Shown here one piece after another: positions 28,224 to 37,500 of a DNA stretch of 64,000 bases; position 1 is the stretch's first letter; every line of letters starts with the position of its first letter. The stretch comes from Arenicellales bacterium (lineage in GTDB: Bacteria; Pseudomonadota; Gammaproteobacteria; Arenicellales; JAHEKD01). The notes under the pieces are model-generated. The model did not search any database. It was given only the letters and a program-made list of their open reading frames with translations, and had not been told where the DNA came from. The stretch spans positions 3,509,901 to 3,573,900 of the forward strand of contig OZ242007.1 of NCBI GenBank assembly GCA_965204695.1, in the 5' to 3' direction. The position numbers and the translations under genes are program-made.

Positions 28224-29384
28224 ATGAGTAATAAACTTAAACATTACAGATTTTTATTTTTAATTATTCTATTAGCAACTAGTTTTTACGCAGTTGCCCA
28301 AGAAGATAATTTAGTGAACGATATTTATTCACCACCATTATTGGACGATGGCTGGCAGGTGGCTGACATAGATTTCGCAAAATTGAACTTGAAAGCCATG
28401 GAGCAGCTAACCGGGGAAATTAATTCTGGTGAATTCAGGCGTATTCAGGCGGTATTGGTCGCCCATAAAGAACACTTGGTATATGAATATTATTGGACAC
28501 GTTCCAATCATGAAATAGAGGAATCTATCAAGCTGGGTAGACAATCACCGCATCGAATTCGTTCAGTCACCAAGAGTATTACTTCCTTGCTTTTAGGTGT
28601 GGCACTCAAAAGCGATTTTGAACAAGCTGTCAAACGGCCAGTTTTGGATTATTTACCTAATCAACAAGCTAGAGATAAAAAGGCTAAAGATATCAGTCTG
28701 GAAAATGTGCTGACTATGACAGCAGGATTGCTGTGGAATGAGATGGATGTACCTTATACTGATTCGCGTAATGACAGTAATCTGCAAGAACAATCCAGCG
28801 ACCCCATTGATTACTTGTTAGCGCGTCGTCCTGTCCATGATGAACCTGGCAGTAGATGGTATTACAATGGTGGTTTAACCATGCTCACTGCAGCGGTCAT
28901 TAATTCACTGATTGACAAGCCATTTTTTGATTATGCCAGGGAGACATTATTTGATCCATTGAAAATAAAAAACTTTGCCTGGTCGGGTGAGTGGCCTGAT
29001 AGTGGTTTAATCGATGCGGCCGGGGGTCTTAGAATGAATGCACGGGATTTATTAAAAATTGGTTCAATGGTGCTCAATAAGGGGCAATGGCAAGGCCAGC
29101 AAATTATCCCAAAAAAATGGGTAGAACTTTCTACCCGCCGCTGGCGTGAGGATCTTAGAACTTGGGGCGCGGATGGTTTATATGGTTATGGGTATCAATG
29201 GTGGCACGGTAGACATGATAACTTTGATGCTATCACTGCATTAGGTTATGGCGGTCAGCGAATTTTTATTCTGCCTGAACATGATTTGTCCGTCGTTGTC
29301 TTTGCGGCTAATTATGAGGGTGATTGGCTAAAGCCAGAAGCAATTCTTAATCGAATAGTTTCTGCACAAAACCGCCTGAACTAA
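28224..29384 (+). CDS. Secreted beta-lactamase-fold serine hydrolase
   Basis: 386 aa with a signal peptide, the SxxK motif (RSVTKSIT) and a YNGG region. Confidence 0.75.
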   Translation: MSNKLKHYRFLFLIILLATSFYAVAQEDNLVNDIYSPPLLDDGWQVADIDFAKLNLKAMEQLTGEINSGEFRRIQAVLVAHKEHLVYEYYWTRSNHEIEESIKLGRQSPHRIRSVTKSITSLLLGVALKSDFEQAVKRPVLDYLPNQQARDKKAKDISLENVLTMTAGLLWNEMDVPYTDSRNDSNLQEQSSDPIDYLLARRPVHDEPGSRWYYNGGLTMLTAAVINSLIDKPFFDYARETLFDPLKIKNFAWSGEWPDSGLIDAAGGLRMNARDLLKIGSMVLNKGQWQGQQIIPKKWVELSTRRWREDLRTWGADGLYGYGYQWWHGRHDNFDAITALGYGGQRIFILPEHDLSVVVFAANYEGDWLKPEAILNRIVSAQNRLN

Positions 29385-29493
29385 ATCCATATGAATAAAT
29401 TTGATCATCATCAATGCAAAAATTTGATTTCATGTGCTGTTTAAGCGCATGAATAAGGTCCAATTCTGAGTAATCTTGGCTAACTTTCCATAC

Positions 29494-29799
29494 TCACGGA
29501 TAAGCATATAAGCCTGTGTCGTGTAATGATAGGCTTTGAGGACGAATGGCAATGGGCTGCAAGTTTATGGTGGGCCAATTATCATGAAAATTATTACCTT
29601 GGACAACCCAGTCCTTCCAGTTTGTCCCATCATCGTCCCAGGAGCGAAACCAAAAAACCAGCGGAGTAGGTGTGTCGTTGTTATATATATGAGGAGTATA
29701 AATATCAAATAAGCGATCCAGGTTTCCACCAATGGTATTGCCATTTAAGAAGTGCATTTTTATCCTATTACCGGTTTGTCGGATAATCCATCTGGTCAT
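29494..29799 (-). CDS. Hypothetical protein
   Basis: 101-aa ORF with no recognisable motif. Whether it is coding is uncertain. Confidence 0.3.
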   Translation of the reverse strand: MTRWIIRQTGNRIKMHFLNGNTIGGNLDRLFDIYTPHIYNNDTPTPLVFWFRSWDDDGTNWKDWVVQGNNFHDNWPTINLQPIAIRPQSLSLHDTGLYAYP

Positions 29800-30064
29800 A
29801 CAATTTGTTACATAAATCAGTAAATAATTTATTTATTGATTTTCGAAGATAATTTTTTAAAGCATTAAACTAAGGATATAAAAACATAATATTAAACCCG
29901 TCAGGTATCAATCATGTTATTCACAAGATGCTTCAATTGGATATGAAAATTCCGCTGTTCCTTATCGGTGAACTTGGTCATTAATGACTAAAAGAGAGTA
30001 TGGAAGAAATCTTGAAATTAATTGGTTTTGATAAAAGTCACAAACTCAGAGGTTACTCACTATT

Positions 30065-30188
30065 TGAATTGGGGTTTATTCTATTGTTTTAATACAAGTC
30101 AAAGCAGTAAACGCCTAAAATTTAATGTTTGTAAGCTACTGATATATAGAATTCAAGAACAAATCTTGTTCTCATGATGATGGGGTCG
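30065..30188 (+). repeat. Intergenic repeat family, copy C
   Basis: gaattggggtttattctattgttttaatac...gcagtaaacgcctaaaatttaatgtttgtaag...ttctcatgatgatggggtcg. Relative to A and B it carries a 16-nt internal deletion near the 5' end. Confidence 0.8.
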
Positions 30189-30243
30189 TCTGCGACGTTG
30201 TGGTAGGGCACAATAGAATGGTTATGGTTACAAAGAAGAGGAT

Positions 30244-32511
30244 TTAATAGTTAGATAAGGGAATGTCTTCAATTAATGTGTCAGCCTCCCAATAGCCACT
30301 GGAATTGACAGAGCCCGAGTCATCGTATTCAGCACCATAACCTCGAAACCCCCATATGCTATTATCTTCGTAGTTTCCTAACTCGCCCACGTAAAATGGA
30401 GTCTGGTTAGAAATGTTAATTAATATGCCAAATTGTAATTTTCCATTCTCGAAGGATCCTATATATGCAGTATTTTCTTCAAGGTTTCTTAACATGCCTA
30501 ACCCGTTAGGGTTATTATTTGTAACTTTGCCTAAGAACTCAGTACTCTTATTATTATTTTTATAGAGTCCAAATTGATTTCCACGAAAATGCCAATCGCC
30601 TACTTCCGTTATGATGGCATTGGCTTGCTGTGCTTCTTGAGCAGCCCGCTGTGCAATTTGTTTGGCCAATTTCGTTGCCTCGATGCTACCATCAATGGCT
30701 AGTTTCAGCCGCTCTTGTTCATCAAGCGAACCGGTGGGTTTTTGATTCATAGACAGTTGAAATGCGCGAATGGCATTTCTTGTTTGTGACCCAAATATGC
30801 CATCCACCCGACCCGGCTCGAAACCAATATATTGGAGAAGGCGCTCGACTTGTACTTTATCCTTGTCCGACGAATTAACCTCCAAGTGTGAACTAGAGGG
30901 AAATTCAGTGCTTAATGACTGACTATTCACTTTCATATAGATATTATAATTAGATTGCTGCTCAGGTATTGTGACTGTCAAAGTGTATGTCCCTGTACGA
31001 AGATATTGTTCTATAAATTCAGCGGCTGATTTACGATGATTTGATGAAGCTATAAAGCCGTCAGGTCCTGTTAGTTCAAGATCAAGGTCAACTGAAGAGG
31101 GTACAATGCTTGCTACTAGCCATGAGTCTTTTGTGAGTCTGAATTTATGATCCACCGCTTTTAATTTTTGTGAAATCTCTACATATTCTTCAATCAAATC
31201 AATTACACCATGATTAAATGTTTTTTCTTGCTCGTCGAAATCCCAGGGAGCATTAGAATCAAGATCTAATTCCAATATTCCGCTAAGCTCTTCTTGGATA
31301 GGTAGTGCGAGCCTGACGAGTAAACCATCGGATTTGCTACTTTGCTTTGAGCTATCTAATCCTGCAAACAGATATCGATCATTGTTGATTCTTGTTGCAC
31401 CGTAATATCTTGTTTTGGGCTGATCTTCAAGCAAGCCCTGTGAATCCAGTTCGAGTTCACTATTAATGATTGCATACCAAGCGGTATAGTTTTGTGAAGA
31501 CGTGGATGCCCGCCCAATTGCAAGAAAACCACCGTGTTTCAACTGTGTACCAAAATAAAACCTATCATTCCCTTCTCGACCTACATCAAAAAAATGTAGC
31601 TCACAATTTTCTCCACTGCTAGGTATTTTTGCCACTAATCCGCTTAAATCATCACTAAATTCCTGTGTGCCCCAGCCAAAAGCAATAAAGTCACCATGAC
31701 TATCTTGAATAATCGAATAGGCAAGATCAGTTTTACTACCGCCGCATATTTTTTGCCAGATTTGATCATGTGAGCCTGAAACTCGCACTATCCAGGCGTT
31801 ATCTTCTCCCGTTTGAGGATCTGTAGCCCAACCGGCCAACACATAACCACCATCTGATGTGGCAACGCCATCGTAAAATGCAGCCCGCGTGATATGTATG
31901 CCAAAACGTTTGCCTGTTACTGCTTTTCCATCACTTTGATCTAAGATAAGAGCAATCCCATCAGCTGTACCACCTTGCCTGGCACTGGCAGTTTGTGCTT
32001 TACCACCAACAAGTATCTGTCCATTTTCTAATATATCTACAAAATTAAATATTTCAGTTTCTCGTGAGTTTCCGAAACTATGATTCCAGATTATTTCTCC
32101 ATTAGTGTCGAATCGAATAACCCATGCATCTTCTTTGCTTTGTTTTGAATTTTTACGCCAGCCAACTGCAATGAAATCACCACTTTCTATTTCAATTAGA
32201 TCCAGCAGTACAGATATATTGGCTCCAGGTGATCTGACTTTCACCTCTTTTATTTTTTTACCTTTGTCATTCATAAAGTGGATGATTCCCTGTGAAGAAT
32301 CCTCATTAATTCCCTGTTCTCCAACCGCTACGATGCCAGATTGTGTATTGATGATTGAGTAAAAGCCGTCGTAGTACGCTGAGTTCGCACCATGTTCCAA
32401 TTCGATCGCGTGTAGTGCCTTAAGGTTCAGTAAAAGCAAACACAACATGATTTTAAAGTGAAGAACATATTTGTTACTTTTCATACCTGTGTACCCATTA
32501 TTATTTAACAT
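30244..32511 (-). CDS. Periplasmic multidomain protein: N-terminal beta-propeller-like repeats, a peptidoglycan-binding (PG_binding_1-like) domain and C-terminal MORN-like repeats
   Basis: 755 aa. The repeated blade motif is (E/S)DAW(V/I)(I/V)R...G..IW. The PG-binding helix pair reads VERLLQYIGFEPGRVDGIFGSQTRNAIRAFQLSMNQKPTGSLD. The start overlaps the pbpC stop (TAATG). An alternative start is M10, MKSNKY, followed by a signal peptide. Confidence 0.65.
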   Translation of the reverse strand: MLNNNGYTGMKSNKYVLHFKIMLCLLLLNLKALHAIELEHGANSAYYDGFYSIINTQSGIVAVGEQGINEDSSQGIIHFMNDKGKKIKEVKVRSPGANISVLLDLIEIESGDFIAVGWRKNSKQSKEDAWVIRFDTNGEIIWNHSFGNSRETEIFNFVDILENGQILVGGKAQTASARQGGTADGIALILDQSDGKAVTGKRFGIHITRAAFYDGVATSDGGYVLAGWATDPQTGEDNAWIVRVSGSHDQIWQKICGGSKTDLAYSIIQDSHGDFIAFGWGTQEFSDDLSGLVAKIPSSGENCELHFFDVGREGNDRFYFGTQLKHGGFLAIGRASTSSQNYTAWYAIINSELELDSQGLLEDQPKTRYYGATRINNDRYLFAGLDSSKQSSKSDGLLVRLALPIQEELSGILELDLDSNAPWDFDEQEKTFNHGVIDLIEEYVEISQKLKAVDHKFRLTKDSWLVASIVPSSVDLDLELTGPDGFIASSNHRKSAAEFIEQYLRTGTYTLTVTIPEQQSNYNIYMKVNSQSLSTEFPSSSHLEVNSSDKDKVQVERLLQYIGFEPGRVDGIFGSQTRNAIRAFQLSMNQKPTGSLDEQERLKLAIDGSIEATKLAKQIAQRAAQEAQQANAIITEVGDWHFRGNQFGLYKNNNKSTEFLGKVTNNNPNGLGMLRNLEENTAYIGSFENGKLQFGILINISNQTPFYVGELGNYEDNSIWGFRGYGAEYDDSGSVNSSGYWEADTLIEDIPLSNY

Positions 32512-34592
32512 TATTCAACCCATATACTCACCGATTTTTGAGAGCCACCAGAATCAATGACTTGTATATTATGTTGCCCCCGTTGCTCAGTATGCCAGCT
32601 TATCTGAGATTGATAACTGGCCTCAGCAATGGATAGGCCGTTTACAAACCAGAAATACGGTTTCTCTCCACCACGGACAAGCATGTTCACCGTTTTAGAT
32701 AACTCGTCTTCGGCCATTTCTAATTCGATGTCATTAGGTGGATAAATAATTTGAAGAGGCATTGAGCCGTGTTCTTTAATAAGAGATTGAGCCGGGTAAA
32801 ATCTCTTTAATCGTTTAGGCAAGTCAGTATTTCTAGACAAAAACATATCCGCAGAGGTTTTATCAGCAACATCTTGCTTATTAAAAGGAAGTAAATCAAA
32901 TAATTGGAAAAGCACCGGGGCTGCTGCATTCAATCCACTGTATCCCGGGTTAGGCCGATTATCAGAACGTCCTATCCAGACCGCTACAGTATGTTGTGAA
33001 TCAAATCCAATCGTCCAGGCATCGCGGAATCCGTAAGATGTACCGGTTTTAAATGCGACTCGTCTTAACGCTCCGTAATTGTTTAACATCGAACTGGATT
33101 TCGGTGGAATGCTGTCTGCTAATATGTCAACAAGACTCCAGGCACTTTCTTGCGTTAGAAGTCGAGATGATTGAACTTGAGATTGCTCCTTTATGTAGTT
33201 TAATTCACGGCTTTCTCCTTTATTGGCAATCGCTACATAAAGTCTGGTTAAATTCACTAGCGATATGCCTCCACCACCCAAACCAACAGACAAGCCAGCA
33301 TCTGTATCGGGCTGTCTTATGTTTAAGGGAACACCTGAAGATCGTAAACGGGAAAGAAATCGGCTGACACCAATTTCATTAAGTAATAAAACAGCTGTCG
33401 TATTAAGTGATTTAATTAATGATTCTCTAACGGTAATTTCACCCAAAAATGTTCTGTCAAAGTTAACCGGGGCATAACCTGAGAAGTGATGGTGCGCATC
33501 GACAATCAATGTCTCTGGATGAACAATAATTTCTTCAAAAGCCATTCCATAAATGATGGGCTTAAGGGTTGAGCCAGGCGACCTTTGTGCCCTGGCTAAA
33601 TCATTATAATTAGGATTAGTAGGGTCGAAGTAATCAGTGCCACCTAAATAAGCTCTTACAGCTCTATCTTTATTTCTGACAATTAAAATAGCAATGTCTG
33701 TTCCATCTCTCAGTTGTGTAAGCGTATCGGAGGCAATTCTCGCGACGTGGTTTTGTAGAGCAACATTAATTGTCGTATTGATAGTCTGCTTAGAAGGGTA
33801 TTGTGACAATAACCGAATACCTAAATGTGGTGCTATGTTTGGTAATTTATGTTTTTTAGTTTTGACCTGATCGAGCTGGGCTAATTCAAACTGTCTTTTG
33901 GTAATAACATTGGCCTTATAAAGACGAGCTAAAATATGGTCTTTGGTCTTTTTCAAATTTTCTTGGCTGATACGGTCTAAGCGCCTTGCTTCGGGTGATT
34001 GAGGTATTCCTATCAATAAAGCTATTTCGGACAGATCAAGTTGCACCGGGTCTTTTTTAAAATAAGCAAATGCAGCTGCACGAATACCCTCGACATTGCC
34101 ACCAAATGGAGTGAGTGTTAAGTACATCGATAAGATCTGTTGCTTTGAATGATCTCTCTCCAATTTCAATGCTAAACTGATTTGAACCATCTTCCCAATT
34201 AAGTCACGCCGCTGATAACCCAACAATCGTACAACTTGCATCGTAATCGTTGATGCACCGGATATTGGTTTTCCATAAAAAAACCATTGTCCCGCTGCTC
34301 TTATCAGTGCGACCGGATCCACTCCAGGGTGCGAAAAAAAACGCTTATCTTCATAGGCTAACAGGCCTTTAAGGTGGAGTTTTTGTAGGTCTTGAGAATG
34401 GGTGGTTAGACGCCAATATCCTTTGGGAGTTAAATACTGATTCAGGTAATCATTATTGTCGTCCAGAATTACTTTTGATGTCGTGGTGTATCGCTCCAGC
34501 GGCAAAGGTTCAAGGAAAAAAGATAAGGTATAGATAAAAAATATAAATACTGACGTTAGCAGGAAAAAAGTTAGTAGTAGTTTACGCATCAC
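32511..34592 (-). CDS. pbpC: Penicillin-binding protein 1C (GT51 transglycosylase + transpeptidase)
   Basis: 693 aa. GT51 motifs EDKRFFSHPGVD and GASTITMQ, transpeptidase SxxK (SPGSTLKP), and a PBP1C-type C-terminal domain. Lies directly downstream of the A2M gene. Confidence 0.85.
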   Translation of the reverse strand: MMRKLLLTFFLLTSVFIFFIYTLSFFLEPLPLERYTTTSKVILDDNNDYLNQYLTPKGYWRLTTHSQDLQKLHLKGLLAYEDKRFFSHPGVDPVALIRAAGQWFFYGKPISGASTITMQVVRLLGYQRRDLIGKMVQISLALKLERDHSKQQILSMYLTLTPFGGNVEGIRAAAFAYFKKDPVQLDLSEIALLIGIPQSPEARRLDRISQENLKKTKDHILARLYKANVITKRQFELAQLDQVKTKKHKLPNIAPHLGIRLLSQYPSKQTINTTINVALQNHVARIASDTLTQLRDGTDIAILIVRNKDRAVRAYLGGTDYFDPTNPNYNDLARAQRSPGSTLKPIIYGMAFEEIIVHPETLIVDAHHHFSGYAPVNFDRTFLGEITVRESLIKSLNTTAVLLLNEIGVSRFLSRLRSSGVPLNIRQPDTDAGLSVGLGGGGISLVNLTRLYVAIANKGESRELNYIKEQSQVQSSRLLTQESAWSLVDILADSIPPKSSSMLNNYGALRRVAFKTGTSYGFRDAWTIGFDSQHTVAVWIGRSDNRPNPGYSGLNAAAPVLFQLFDLLPFNKQDVADKTSADMFLSRNTDLPKRLKRFYPAQSLIKEHGSMPLQIIYPPNDIELEMAEDELSKTVNMLVRGGEKPYFWFVNGLSIAEASYQSQISWHTEQRGQHNIQVIDSGGSQKSVSIWVE

Positions 34593-34597
34593 TGCGA

Positions 34598-37500
34598 TTA
34601 CTCAGGTAAAGTTATTGTCATCTGCTTCGGTTCAGAGCTGCCCTTAAATTCGGGTGCCGTGAGTTGTTCGATGGTAACTGGTGGAACGATATACTTGCCG
34701 GCGTTTAAGGCCCGGGTGAGGAAGGCAATTTTAAATCGGCGAGTTTGTTCGTTTATATTCAGTACGGCAACAAATCGATCATTGCTTTGGTGACGATATT
34801 TTATCTCAGCCCACGTTTGTGGATGTGTTTTTTCAAAGACCTGTTGCAGCCCAGCAAGCCGTATTTGGGATTGCTCCATAAAAATATCTTCGATCTGAAG
34901 GCCTGCAGGTAGCAATAACGATACGATTGCATCCCCTGATTTATTATGATTCACAATCCCTTCTACAACAATAGTAATTAATTCGCGCTGGTTAATTTGT
35001 TCGGAATCGATATCAATTTGGTCACCGTTCAGATCATAATAATGTTGGTAAATTTCAAATCCTTGATTTTGCCGGCCTGGCCAGGATTTAGGAATTCCAC
35101 GCATAAACAGTTCGGCTGTGATATCACTTTTAGAATAATTGGCGACAGTGTAATTTTGGCGAAAAATATCCGCTGAAATTGAGTTTATACTAAGTAGTCC
35201 ATCCTCTCGCACAGGTTGCAGATCATCATTAATCTCAACCCTTAATTGACGAGATTTTTCATTTTCTTGCAACAAGGCAGCATTGGCCCGGCTAAACCAA
35301 CCTAACGTCGTTTCATCTAAGTTATCAACATTATTGAAATCAAGATTCCTAACGCTGGAAATTAACTTATTTTCAAGACGAGCTTCGAGTGCTAGAGCTA
35401 AAATCATCGATAAAATACGAAGCTCACTGTCTCTATTCTCGTTTTCCTCGCTGAGCTTATTGATGGGTACACTTTCGATAGCTTTGTTGAATAAGATCTT
35501 TACTTCTTCACTGAAGCCACCAAAAGCCGCTAGTGCAGATGCTGTGAATGCATTGGAAAGCGCGTTACTAGATTGATCGATACAATTCTCATAGTAGCGT
35601 TCAAGTTCATGACGAGCTAACTGATTCTCTCTTGAAAGAACAAATAATGCATAACTTCTCCATTGTGGGTTAGGACAATCTTCAACTTCATTTTTCAGTA
35701 CCCTATTTAATTCTCTTCTCAAAAAGTCAATGCCGTTTTGTAAAGTGTTATTGGGAATCATGTTTGCGGAAACTCTATGATTGGCCCTGAATAACAAATC
35801 AAGAGCATAGGCTGACAGCCAAAGTTCAGACTCAGTGCCTCCGTAACTTTCATTGATGACCGTTTGACTGAAACCGCCATCTTGATTTTGAAGGAGTAGA
35901 AGTTCAGCAATCGTACGACTAAAATTTGTCGACAATTCATTATTTTCGGTATTAACAATACCATTATTCGGGTGGGTGAGTAATAAATTGGCATGTGTGG
36001 TTAAACTGTCAGCCGTTGGGACAGAATTTTTTGGCAATTCGTCCAGCGGCAAACCGGGAAGCAAGGCTTGTAACGAAAAACGGGCAGAATATGAAATACT
36101 ATGATCAATTAAATCTTTTTGTAACCCGGTTTCGTAGACCTCTTCGCTTAAATTAGTGTCGTCATTTTGTTTAATCTTTTTGACTAATCTTTTTGTTATA
36201 GCAGGATAGGGTGGACGTATTGTGATTTTATGGGTTTGCAAAAAATCAAGCTCAGCATCATCATCACTTTTGACACTAAGTTTTATTTCCCCTTCGCCAA
36301 ACCGCTTCGCCTTAATAGTTGTAAAGATATAAACGCTATCTTTATCTTCAGTCAGACGAATGCTATTTTTTTCCAATATTTCTAAGTCATCATTGCTACT
36401 GAGTGTGGCCGTATATGTCCCCAGGTTATTTTTAATCCGCTTAAGTCGGAGCAATACATTCGTTTCGTCGCCCACAGAAAGAAAACGAGGCAAGCCCAGA
36501 TCGGCGATTACAGGTGTACGAATTTTGATTGGTTTTACGGCGGTAGCGATTTTACTGGCAGACCAGGCAATCGCATTCACTCGGACTCGGCCAGAGAATC
36601 CATAAGGAACAAAAAAGGTATGTGAAGCCTTGCCGTCTTCGCCGATTCTGAGTATGCGCGAGTATTCGGACACCAGCTCTTTTGAGCGATAACCCAATCC
36701 TTCGAGTTGACCGTATAAACCGGCTCCACTTCGCAAATTCCTTATTCTGCCGCTATCATGAATAATTTGATTATAGTTATCAAAAATATCCACGTTAAGC
36801 TGCTTTTTACCCAGGAAAAAGTCAATTGGATCTGGATCCTTATATGAGGTTAAAGCATGGATACCGTCATCGACTAAAGAAATAGTTGCAAAGGTTTCTG
36901 CACCAGATGGAGGGGATGTATTCAGGATTACTTCGATAGCTCCAGGCGTGATGACTTCTTCAACATCTATTTCTAGCGGCATATCCAAGCGGGATTTATC
37001 CACCGAAAAATGCGAAGTCCCGAACAAACGTTCCGGCATGCCGGAGGCTTGTGGTTGACCATTTTCCGATGACCGATAAAGGCTAAGCAGGGCATAAACA
37101 CTCGAATTCCATCCGTCATCTATTTGGAAATCGTATTCATTATCATCACCTTTGGATACCGGATAATTAGTGTCGACTTTATAGATTTCGTCACTGGCAA
37201 TGATGACCGAGGCGTAACCATCGAAGGGGGACTTAAAACTGATTTTTGCTGAGTTGCCGGTTCTATAATTTGGCTCGCTAAGCAGGATCTTGAGCGCTTC
37301 TGGCCTATTCACTGATTGCCTGAGGTTTGACCAACCCACCTTAAACCTGTGACTTGTTGCAGCCTTATCACCATCACTGATATCGATGCGATAGCGCCCA
37401 AAACCTAGTGTCGTAGTAAAAGTTGAATCTGATATATCATTGATATGAATCGTTTTTTTCTCTATCAGCTTATCCGTGATACTGTGCCGATAACTCCAAT

